Of a stretch of 64,000 nt of DNA, positions 9,178 through 17,321 are shown one piece after another. Below the pieces are notes generated by a model. It saw only the letters and a list, made by a program, of their open reading frames with translations, did no database searches and was not told the origin of the DNA. A program made the translations under genes and the position numbers. Location of the stretch: the NCBI GenBank assembly GCA_030528385.1, contig JAUMYZ010000001.1:174382-238381 (forward strand), read 5' to 3'. Each line of letters opens with the position of its first letter. Positions within the stretch are counted from its first letter, which is position 1. The DNA is from Moraxella sp. (GTDB lineage: Bacteria > Pseudomonadota > Gammaproteobacteria > Pseudomonadales > Moraxellaceae).

Positions 9178-9241
9178 AGGCAAATTTACACTTTGTATCT
9201 TTGTTTGTTGCCAAACAATCTAAAATCACATAGAGGTGATT

Positions 9242-9856
9242 ATGTCTGCCAATTGGTCAGCGATTGCATATTTGCTAGCCGCCATTGGGCTGGTGGCGTT
9301 TATGCTGATGGTGCCACGTCTCTTGGGCGGTCGCTCGCACGGTTCACAAAAACAAGAAAGTTTTGAAGCAGGCGTGGTGTCTGCTGGTTCTGCTCGCATA
9401 CGTCTGTCTGCCAAGTTTTACTTGGTGGCGATTTTTTTTGTGATATTTGATTTGGAAGCCTTATTTTTATACGCTTATGCGGTGAGCGTGCGTGAAGTGG
9501 GCTGGGTGGGCTTTAGCGCCGCTGCGATTTTTATTGTCATTTTGTTTGTGGGTCTGGTTTATGAGATGAAACTTGGGGCGATGAACTGGGCACCTGCCGA
9601 CAAACGTAAGCCCAAGCCCCGCATTTATGAGCGTCCCGATGGCTTTGATTTGGCGAGCATTACCGCCTTTGATGGCATTGATGAGCTGCATAGCGACCCC
9701 ACAGGCAAAGTGCCTGCCCAGTCATCAGGGCGTATTAACGTCTCTAATGACATTGCCAAAAATCAAGCCCATATGAAAAACATTGACCACATCAACACCA
9801 CAGGACGTGTTACTACCCACGATTTTAGCTTAGATGAATACAAATCATCAAACTAA
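9242..9856 (+). CDS. nuoA: NADH-quinone oxidoreductase subunit A, with an ~85 aa hydrophilic C-terminal extension
   Basis: Three TM helices and the conserved LEALFLYAYAV region. AGAGGTGA Shine-Dalgarno lies before the ATG at 9242. Confidence 0.9.
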   Translation: MSANWSAIAYLLAAIGLVAFMLMVPRLLGGRSHGSQKQESFEAGVVSAGSARIRLSAKFYLVAIFFVIFDLEALFLYAYAVSVREVGWVGFSAAAIFIVILFVGLVYEMKLGAMNWAPADKRKPKPRIYERPDGFDLASITAFDGIDELHSDPTGKVPAQSSGRINVSNDIAKNQAHMKNIDHINTTGRVTTHDFSLDEYKSSN

Positions 9857-9934
9857 ACGCTACCTATGCGGTGGCGTTTTTGTGTTTAGATTGCCCATTA
9901 GCCAACAAAGTTAGCCAAACAAAAGTTTAGCCAT

Positions 9935-10603
9935 ATGAAATATACCTTAACCCGAGCCAATCCCAGTGCCAACCAATACCCCAAACAAAGCCGTCAAATC
10001 GTGGACGACATCACCCAAGCAGAAATTGACAAAAATGTCTTTATGGGCAAACTGTCCGATTTGACCCATTCGCTTGCTAATTGGGGGCGTAAAAATTCCT
10101 TATGGCCCTTTAACTTTGGCACAAGTTGCTGTTATGTGGAATACGCCACCACTTTGACAGGCGTACACGATTTGTCGCGTTTTGGGGCGGAAGTGATTCG
10201 GGCTTCACCGCGTCAGGCGGACGTGATGATTGTGGCGGGGACGTGTTTTGTCAAGATGGCACCTGTGATTTTGCGTCTGTATGAACAAATGCTAGAACCC
10301 AAATGGGTCATCTCCATGGGGGCGTGTGCCAATTCAGGCGGTATGTATGACATTTATTCGGTGGTGCAGGGCGTGGATAAAATTTTGCCTGTGGACGTGT
10401 ATATCCCTGGTTGCCCGCCCCGCCCCGAAGCGGTCATTCAAGCCCTGATGCTCTTGCAAGAGAGTATCACCCATGAACGCCGACCGCTGGGTATTCATCT
10501 TGACCAAGATATTTATCAGCCGATTATGACGCCAGAGCGAGACCGCAAGATGGCTGACCGCATTGCGGTAAAAAACTTGCGTAGCCCTGATAATGTGGAG
10601 TAG
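9935..10603 (+). CDS. nuoB: NADH-quinone oxidoreductase subunit B
   Basis: The N-terminus [10 protein letters not shown] matches E. coli MDYTLTRIDP. Also present are the [12 protein letters not shown]...KMAP and PGCPPRPE Fe-S (N2) ligating motifs. Confidence 0.95.
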   Translation: MKYTLTRANPSANQYPKQSRQIVDDITQAEIDKNVFMGKLSDLTHSLANWGRKNSLWPFNFGTSCCYVEYATTLTGVHDLSRFGAEVIRASPRQADVMIVAGTCFVKMAPVILRLYEQMLEPKWVISMGACANSGGMYDIYSVVQGVDKILPVDVYIPGCPPRPEAVIQALMLLQESITHERRPLGIHLDQDIYQPIMTPERDRKMADRIAVKNLRSPDNVE

Positions 10604-10630
10604 TTGGGTGTGCAAATCGCAGAAAAAGGC

Positions 10631-11122
10631 ATGAATGTTGCCGCATTTAGCGAATTTATCAGCTTGTTTAATGGCTGTTATGGGCTAGGTGATGATGAGC
10701 TTGGTGGTTTGGTAGAAATTTATCAAGATGTGTATCAAGATGTGCCAAGTTTTCAAGCGTGGCTAGAAGAACAATTTGGATACCCTGTGGATTTGGACAG
10801 CATTGCCAACACGCCCAAAATGGTTTGGCTGCATACGTTGATGGTGCACTTTTTTGCTTGTTGTTATTTTGACGATTGGAAGTTTGATTGTCAGGCACTG
10901 AGCGACTATATCAGTCAATATACCGACACACCTTTTGTTATCAGCGATGATGAATATGCAGGCAATGTGGCAAATATATGTAGCAAATTAGAAGCCCAAA
11001 CGCCATACAGCCTATTAAATATTTGGGACGGTAATGATGATGTGTATTTTTGGTTGATTGATAAAACGCATAAGCCAAGATTGGAAAGTTTGGCAAAAAA
11101 GTTGGATATTTGGTTGGATTAA
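10631..11122 (+). CDS. Hypothetical acidic cytoplasmic protein inserted between nuoB and nuoCD (about 163 aa)
   Basis: Uninterrupted ORF with an ATG at 10631 (the ORF track starts on an upstream TTG). No recognisable family. Composition is visibly more AT-rich than the flanking nuo genes. Confidence 0.55.
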   Translation: MNVAAFSEFISLFNGCYGLGDDELGGLVEIYQDVYQDVPSFQAWLEEQFGYPVDLDSIANTPKMVWLHTLMVHFFACCYFDDWKFDCQALSDYISQYTDTPFVISDDEYAGNVANICSKLEAQTPYSLLNIWDGNDDVYFWLIDKTHKPRLESLAKKLDIWLD

Positions 11123-11388
11123 AGCTAAGGCAAAAAATCTGCAAGCCAAATTTTAATCTTTTAACAATCTATCAAAATTTGCTCTATGGTAAACAAAAAT
11201 TATGACCAACAAACTTTTAAAATACGGCATTGGCCCAACCAATCGCCCAAAAATCCCTGCGACCAAAAAGCTGGATTTAACAGGCAGAGAAGGGCAGTAA
11301 ATCATCAAAGTGTAAACCAACTTAGCATTTATCACCCAATTATTTTCAAACTTGCAAGTAATGCAAACCAAACAAAAAGCTGGAAGTT

Positions 11389-13140
11389 ATGAGCATAAAT
11401 CACATTCACGACAGACAAGTTTTTGATGAATTAAATCAACAATTTGCCAATCGCTACACCATTCAAGACACCGCAGACGGTATTCCCACCATTTGGGTGG
11501 ATAAAACAGACGTGCTTGATGTGCTGATGGCTTTGCGTACGTTGCCCAAGCCCTTTGTTATGTTGGTGGATTTGTCCGCCATGGATGAGCGTTTGCGTCA
11601 GCACCGTCATGGCTTGCCTGACAGTGATTTTACCGTGTTTTATCACTTGATGAGCCTTGAGCGAAACAGCGACATTCGTGTCAAAGTCGCCTTAAAAGAA
11701 GGCGAAAGCATCCCATCAGCGACCAAAATTTATCCCAATGCCAACTGGTATGAGCGAGAAGTGTGGGACATGTTTGGCGTGGTCTTTGATGGACATCCGC
11801 ATTTGACACGGATTTTATTGCCTAAATATTGGGAAGGGCACCCACTGCGCAAAGAGTACCATGCCCGAGCCACCGAATTTACGCCGTACTTTTTGAACAC
11901 TGCCAAGCAACAATTTGAACAAGAAAACCTACGCTTTGTCCCCGAAGAGTGGGGCATGAAACGCTCTGGGCGTGATGAAGACTTTATGTTTTTGAACATT
12001 GGCCCAAACCACCCATCGGCGCACGGGGCGTTTCGCTTGGTGCTGCAGCTTGATGGCGAAGAGATTGTAGACTGTATTCCTGATATTGGCTATCACCATC
12101 GTGGGGCGGAAAAGATGGCAGAACGCCAAACGTGGCATTCGTTTATCCCCTATACCGACCGCATTGACTATCTGGGCGGGGTGATGAATGAACTGCCTTA
12201 TATCATGGCGGTGGAAAAACTGGCGGGTATCACTGTGCCTGAACGTGCCAACACCATTCGTATCATGATGAGTGAGCTGTTTAGGATTACCAACAACTTG
12301 CTCTATTGGGGGACGTTTATCCAAGATGCGGGCGGTATGACCCCTGTGTTTTATATGTTTGCCGACCGTCAAAAGGCGTACGACATCATAGAAGCGGTAA
12401 CGGGCTATCGTATGCACCCTGCGTGGTTTAGAATCGGTGGTACGGCTCATGATTTGCCCAATGGCTGGCAAAAATTGGTGCGTGAGTTTTTGGATTGGAT
12501 GCCAAAACGCATTGATGAATATGTCAAAGCCACCATGACCAACACGGTACTAAAAGGACGCACGCAAAATGTCGCCCAATACGATGCCAAACGTGCCTTA
12601 GCATGGGGCGTAACGGGGGCGGGACTTCGTGCGACAGGCATTGACTTTGATTTGCGTAAAGCTCGTCCGTATTTGGGCTATGAAAACTTTGATTTTGAAA
12701 TCCCTGTGTTTTATAACGGCGACGCCTATGACAGATGTTTGGTGAAGATTGAAGAAATTCGCCAGTCTTTGCGTATCATTGAGCAATGTCTCAACAATAT
12801 GCCAAGCGGGGCGTACAAAGCTGAGCACCCTTTGGCAGTGCCGCCGCCCAAAGACAAAACTTTAAAAGACATTGAAACCTTGATTAACCACTTTGTGTCG
12901 GTCTCATGGGGGCCTGTGATGCCTGCAGGCGAGTCTGCTTGTATGGTAGAAGGGGTTAAGGGGCTAAACAGCTATTATGTAACGAGCGACAACTCAACGA
13001 TGAGTTACCGCACGCGTATCCGCACGCCAACCTTTGCCCATCTGCAACAAATGCCCAGCGTGATTAACGGCTCTTTGGTGTCGGACGCCATTATTTATTT
13101 GGCGAGTATTGATATTGTAATGGCGGATTGTGATAGATAA
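11389..13140 (+). CDS. nuoCD: NADH-quinone oxidoreductase fused subunit C/D
   Basis: Full-length collinear match to the E. coli fused NuoCD pattern ([38 protein letters not shown]). Confidence 0.95.
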   Translation: MSINHIHDRQVFDELNQQFANRYTIQDTADGIPTIWVDKTDVLDVLMALRTLPKPFVMLVDLSAMDERLRQHRHGLPDSDFTVFYHLMSLERNSDIRVKVALKEGESIPSATKIYPNANWYEREVWDMFGVVFDGHPHLTRILLPKYWEGHPLRKEYHARATEFTPYFLNTAKQQFEQENLRFVPEEWGMKRSGRDEDFMFLNIGPNHPSAHGAFRLVLQLDGEEIVDCIPDIGYHHRGAEKMAERQTWHSFIPYTDRIDYLGGVMNELPYIMAVEKLAGITVPERANTIRIMMSELFRITNNLLYWGTFIQDAGGMTPVFYMFADRQKAYDIIEAVTGYRMHPAWFRIGGTAHDLPNGWQKLVREFLDWMPKRIDEYVKATMTNTVLKGRTQNVAQYDAKRALAWGVTGAGLRATGIDFDLRKARPYLGYENFDFEIPVFYNGDAYDRCLVKIEEIRQSLRIIEQCLNNMPSGAYKAEHPLAVPPPKDKTLKDIETLINHFVSVSWGPVMPAGESACMVEGVKGLNSYYVTSDNSTMSYRTRIRTPTFAHLQQMPSVINGSLVSDAIIYLASIDIVMADCDR

Positions 13141-13175
13141 AGTGTTTGATTAAAGATGATTTTGGTGGTAAAAAG

Positions 13176-13769
13176 ATGAAAGTTTATGGTGGTTTGCTGT
13201 TGGGGTGTCTGCTTTATTCGCCATCTGTATTGGCAAAAACCGATTGGACACCTGTGTTTGCTTCCATACAAAAAGATTGTGATTTTCATGCAAAAAAGTT
13301 GTCCAACTTATTTGCCAATTTACCAGCCCAATATCAATCGTCAGTACGTTCAAATCGTTTAAGTGAAAATAAACAATACACCATCACAAAGATAACACTA
13401 AACAATGCCCAAGCCTTTGGTTATCCTTTGACTGGCATTGAGCTTGGACAAAAAAAGGTGGGACTTGGCGATTATTTGACGCTGTATTTTGCCAACAAAC
13501 ACTTTCTTCAATTAAAACCCAAGTTTTATTATGCATTGAACGATGTCAAAATATACGCAGGTCAACAACAAGAATGGTCTGTTGTGAATGAAACAGGTGA
13601 AGAGATTTTTATCAGCACCGATATCAATGGCTATGATGTTGGGGTAGAAGACGTTGGCGTTACTCTTGAATTTCACCCAAAGAGCAACGCCCTAACCTGC
13701 CGTTTAAACCTTTATCAAATGGATAATGACGACCATCGTCAATCATCCCACAATAAAAAAGCAAGATGA
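13176..13769 (+). CDS. Secreted hypothetical protein (Sec signal peptide), inserted after nuoCD
   Basis: MKVYGGLLLGCLLYSPSVLA-KTDW signal peptide. GGTGGT Shine-Dalgarno lies 5 nt before the ATG at 13176. The stop overlaps the pilU start (ATGATGA). No recognisable family. Confidence 0.55.
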   Translation: MKVYGGLLLGCLLYSPSVLAKTDWTPVFASIQKDCDFHAKKLSNLFANLPAQYQSSVRSNRLSENKQYTITKITLNNAQAFGYPLTGIELGQKKVGLGDYLTLYFANKHFLQLKPKFYYALNDVKIYAGQQQEWSVVNETGEEIFISTDINGYDVGVEDVGVTLEFHPKSNALTCRLNLYQMDNDDHRQSSHNKKAR

Positions 13770-14920
13770 TGACCACACACCACATTTCTGAAGAATCTTT
13801 AATCGCCTTTGCCGAAGAGACCCTAAACGAAGCCAAGGCAATCATGTTTAATATGCTCACCAAAGTGGTGGAAATTGGGGCGTCTGACCTTTTTATCACT
13901 GCCGATTTTCCGCCGAGCGTCAAACATCAAGGTTTGATGAAGCCTTTGTCCAGACAGACCCTAAGTGGCGATAAAACCAAACTGTTTGCCTACAGCTTGA
14001 TGAACGACCATCAGCGAGACGAATTTGAACGGGAGATGGAGTGCAATTTTGCCATCAATGTGCCAAACGTCAGTCGTTTTCGCGTCAATGTTTTTGTGCA
14101 ACAGCAACACGTGGGCATGGTGATTCGCACCATCGCCGCCGAGATTCCCAATTTTGAAACGTTAAAACTGCCGCCGCAGTTAAAAGACGTGATTATGGAA
14201 AAACGTGGTTTGGTGCTGGTGGTGGGTGGCACAGGTTCAGGCAAATCCACGTCCTTGGCGGCGATGATTGATTATCGTAATGAAAATTCGGCAGGGCACA
14301 TCATCACCGTAGAAGACCCCGTAGAATATGTGCACAAACACAAAAAATCCATGATTACCCACCGTGAAGTGGGTGTGGATACGCATTCTTGGCACCATGC
14401 CCTAAAAAATACCTTGCGTCAAGCTCCTGACGTGATTTTAATCGGTGAGATTCGCGACACCGAGACGATGGAACACGCCATCGCCTTTGCTGAAACGGGG
14501 CATTTGTGCCTTGGGACATTGCACGCCAACAACGCCAACCAAACGCTAGACCGCATTATTAACTTTTTCCCCGAAGAACGCCGTCAGCAATTGCTGATGG
14601 ATTTGTCCAGCAACATGAAAGCCATTATTAGCCAGCGGCTTATCCGCACCCAAGATGGCAAAGGTCGGCGGGCGGCGGTGGAAGTGATGTTAAACACCCG
14701 TTTGGTGTCGGATTTGATTTTAAAGGGTGAGATGCACGAGCTAAAAGCGGTGATGACCAAAAGCCGTGAAGTGGGCATGCAGACCTTTGACCAAGCCTTG
14801 TTTGATTTGTATGACGAAGGGGCAATTAGTTATGACGAAGCCATCAGAAATGCCGACAGTGCCAATGAGCTTAGATTGCAAATTAAATTAAAGTCCAAGC
14901 GTGGCGAAGAAAAGGCATAA
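13766..14920 (+). CDS. pilU: Type IV pilus retraction-family ATPase PilU
   Basis: Collinear with P. aeruginosa PilU: Walker A GGTGSGKST, Asp box, Walker B DVILIGEIRD, His box TGHLCLGTLHANNANQ, and the PilU-type C-terminal tail DSANELRLQIKLK. Confidence 0.85.
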   Translation: MMTTHHISEESLIAFAEETLNEAKAIMFNMLTKVVEIGASDLFITADFPPSVKHQGLMKPLSRQTLSGDKTKLFAYSLMNDHQRDEFEREMECNFAINVPNVSRFRVNVFVQQQHVGMVIRTIAAEIPNFETLKLPPQLKDVIMEKRGLVLVVGGTGSGKSTSLAAMIDYRNENSAGHIITVEDPVEYVHKHKKSMITHREVGVDTHSWHHALKNTLRQAPDVILIGEIRDTETMEHAIAFAETGHLCLGTLHANNANQTLDRIINFFPEERRQQLLMDLSSNMKAIISQRLIRTQDGKGRRAAVEVMLNTRLVSDLILKGEMHELKAVMTKSREVGMQTFDQALFDLYDEGAISYDEAIRNADSANELRLQIKLKSKRGEEKA

Positions 14921-14933
14921 AGGCAGTGGCAAG

Positions 14934-15695
14934 ATGAAGGCGATTTTGCCTTTTTATAACAATGTCCATGCGTTAAACGAACACTTAACGCCATTTGTAA
15001 ACATTGATGAGATATTTGTAGAACATCAATCTTGGTTAAAAAAGCATTTTTTGCCACTGATTAGCATGGATTTGGGTATGTTAAATGATGAGTGGCGTGG
15101 GCAAGTGCTGCATATGCTAAACCCATTTGAGCCGTACGATGGTTATATTGGCGAATGCACCACAAAATACCACAACAAATTTGTCAGCACCAACTGGCTT
15201 GCGTTTAGACTGACCGATGATAATAAATATGAATTTTTGGGCGATGAGCGATATTTTGCCAAAAGTTCAAAGTACAAGCCGACAGACATGTTTGATGTAA
15301 GCGTTGATGGCAAAGACGGTTGTGATGATTTTCAAGCATATATTGACGAGAGTATAATCTATCATCGGTTTCGCCAACAGCGTTTTTATCAAACGGGCAA
15401 ATTGCTCAACGTTTATCCTAATGATGATGGCGACACAACAGCACAAAATTGGCTTGATAGCATGGGTGGCAAGCTGTCTGAAAATATGAAAGATTGGTTG
15501 TCTGATTGGGCGTTGCCAGCGGCATTTGTGAGCCAATGTCAAGATGATGAGCTACTCATCACCTACGATGACAATGCGTTTTATTTTATTGCTGGTGTGC
15601 CTGCCTATCGCTATGGCTGTCATGGGGCAGACCAGATTGTGTTGCTGTATGAGCCCGTCAGCCGAACGATATTATTTACTTATGGTTATATTTAG
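14934..15695 (+). CDS. Hypothetical acidic, Trp-rich protein (about 253 aa) immediately downstream of pilU
   Basis: Long ORF beginning 14 nt after the pilU stop. No motif recognised. The ORF-track start at 14901 overlaps pilU and was moved to the ATG at 14934. Confidence 0.55.
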   Translation: MKAILPFYNNVHALNEHLTPFVNIDEIFVEHQSWLKKHFLPLISMDLGMLNDEWRGQVLHMLNPFEPYDGYIGECTTKYHNKFVSTNWLAFRLTDDNKYEFLGDERYFAKSSKYKPTDMFDVSVDGKDGCDDFQAYIDESIIYHRFRQQRFYQTGKLLNVYPNDDGDTTAQNWLDSMGGKLSENMKDWLSDWALPAAFVSQCQDDELLITYDDNAFYFIAGVPAYRYGCHGADQIVLLYEPVSRTILFTYGYI

Positions 15696-15821
15696 ACTGA
15701 TGATGAGACATAAAGGTTTTTAAGATATTTTTTGCTGTGTTTTTATGATGGTATTAAAACAAAAAAGTGTCATTTAACCAGTGTGTTGTTTTATTTAGCA
15801 CTTGATAAAGGAGAAGTAATA

Positions 15822-16220
15822 ATGAAAGGTCAATGTTTGTGTCAAGCTGTTGGTATTGAGACGGTGGACAATCACGAACTGCACGCTTGCCACTGTGGTA
15901 ACTGTCGCACTTGGGGCGGTTCGGCGAACTTTTCTTTTTTAAGTCAAGGCGTGAACACAGATGATGGTGATAAGATTGCCCATTACCAATCGTCTGATTG
16001 GGGCGAGCGGGCGTTTTGCAAAACGTGTGGCACGCATTTGTATTTTCATCAGCTGGGCACGGACAATTATTATGTGTCGGCAGGCTTGTTTGATGATGTG
16101 GCATTTAAATTGGTTTCACAGATTTTTATTGATAAAAAAGCGTGTTATTATGAGCTTGCCAATGACACGCCCAAGCTGACCGAAAGTGAGTTTTTGGCGA
16201 TGGTTGCAGGTGAAAGTTAA
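15822..16220 (+). CDS. GFA-family (glutathione-dependent formaldehyde-activating / CENP-V-like) zinc protein
   Basis: The CxC...C...CxxC zinc-ligand pattern (CLCQAV, HACHCGNC, CKTCGTHLYF) is typical of PF04828. AAAGGAGAAG Shine-Dalgarno lies before the ATG at 15822. Confidence 0.75.
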   Translation: MKGQCLCQAVGIETVDNHELHACHCGNCRTWGGSANFSFLSQGVNTDDGDKIAHYQSSDWGERAFCKTCGTHLYFHQLGTDNYYVSAGLFDDVAFKLVSQIFIDKKACYYELANDTPKLTESEFLAMVAGES

Positions 16221-16223
16221 TCA

Positions 16224-16673
16224 ATGACGACCATAACAACTCGCCCAATGACCATCAATGACTATGATGACGTTGTTGCGTTATGGCTGTCTTGTGTTGG
16301 CATGGGACTAAATGACATTGATGACAGCAAAGTGGGTATTGATAAGTTTTTGCAAAGAAATCCAAGCACCTGCTTTGTGGCAACACAAGATGGGCAAATA
16401 GTGGGCGTGATATTATCAGGTCAAGATGGGCGACGTGCTTATATTTATCATTTGGCGGTTGCCCCAACACAGCGAAGATGGGGCATTGCCAAGCGTCTGG
16501 TAGATGAAGTTGAGTGTGCATTAGATAAGATGGTTATCAGCAAGGTCGCTTTGGTGGTGTTTGATAACAACCCAATTGGCAATGATTTTTGGGAAAGTCA
16601 AGGTTTTTATGTACGCCAAGATTTGCTTTATCGGGACAAAGCATTGGTAGACTTGGTGCGGATTGATACTTAA
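16224..16673 (+). CDS. GNAT-family N-acetyltransferase
   Basis: Acetyl-CoA binding motif A region (YIYHLAVAPTQRRWGIAKRLV) and GNAT size (149 aa). Confidence 0.8.
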   Translation: MTTITTRPMTINDYDDVVALWLSCVGMGLNDIDDSKVGIDKFLQRNPSTCFVATQDGQIVGVILSGQDGRRAYIYHLAVAPTQRRWGIAKRLVDEVECALDKMVISKVALVVFDNNPIGNDFWESQGFYVRQDLLYRDKALVDLVRIDT

Positions 16674-16811
16674 TTAAATTGATACCCAATTAAAAAGCCA
16701 CTAAGACATTGGTATTAAATTGATATAATGTTGGATAGCTCGGTGAGACACTTGTCATCGCCCAGCCAAATGACCAAAAGTTGGCAAATGCCAAAAGATG
16801 ATGGTAGCTTT

Positions 16812-17321
16812 ATGAAAATAGTAACCGACAAAACCCCCAAAGTGGATATTGACAGTATTTTGACCGCCGATGAGATTGTCGGTATCAAAGAATATATCCA
16901 TCATTATCCCCAGCCGCGGGCGGCGGTGCTGGACGCCCTAAAACTGGTACAAAGACGCAACGGCTGGATAGATGACGCCCAGCTACACGCCATTGCCAAT
17001 ATGCTGTCTATCCCAGCCGCTGACGTAGAAGGCGTGGCGACCTTTTTTAATCGCATTTATCGTATGCCTGTCGGTCGCCATGTGATTTTATTGTGCGACA
17101 GTATTGCTTGTTATTTGACAGGCTTTGAAGCGATAGAAAGCGAATTTAAACGCCAGCTGGGTATTGACTATGGACAAACCACCCCTGATGGCAGATTTAC
17201 GCTGTTGCCCATCTGCTGTTTGGGCAATTGCGACAAAGGAACAAGCGTTTTGATTGATGAAGATACCTATGGCTCGGTAACGCCTGCCGATGTGTCATTG
17301 TTATTGGAGCAGTATTTATGA
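16812..17321 (+). CDS. nuoE: NADH-quinone oxidoreductase subunit E
   Basis: [2Fe-2S] ligands (CDSIAC...CCLGNCD) and the NuoE fold pattern. The start is set at MKIVTDK; the ORF-track upstream extension is unlikely. Confidence 0.9.
   Translation: MKIVTDKTPKVDIDSILTADEIVGIKEYIHHYPQPRAAVLDALKLVQRRNGWIDDAQLHAIANMLSIPAADVEGVATFFNRIYRMPVGRHVILLCDSIACYLTGFEAIESEFKRQLGIDYGQTTPDGRFTLLPICCLGNCDKGTSVLIDEDTYGSVTPADVSLLLEQYL

Noticed and set aside
8713-9183. 156 aa minus-strand ORF overlapping lolA
   Set aside because: It is antisense to a well-supported lolA, has no Shine-Dalgarno, and shows no family resemblance.
11929-12471. 180 aa minus-strand ORF, and many similar 60-150 aa antisense ORFs across the nuo genes
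   Set aside because: They are embedded antisense in strongly supported nuo coding sequence. The translations are Arg/His-rich, typical of reverse frames of GC-skewed coding DNA.
13146-13180. Lipoprotein call for the secreted protein (LLLGC looks like a lipobox)
   Set aside because: The Cys would sit at residue 11 of the chosen start, or 21 from the TTG start, with no proper n-region or h-region before it. An ordinary Sec signal cleaved after VLA is more consistent.
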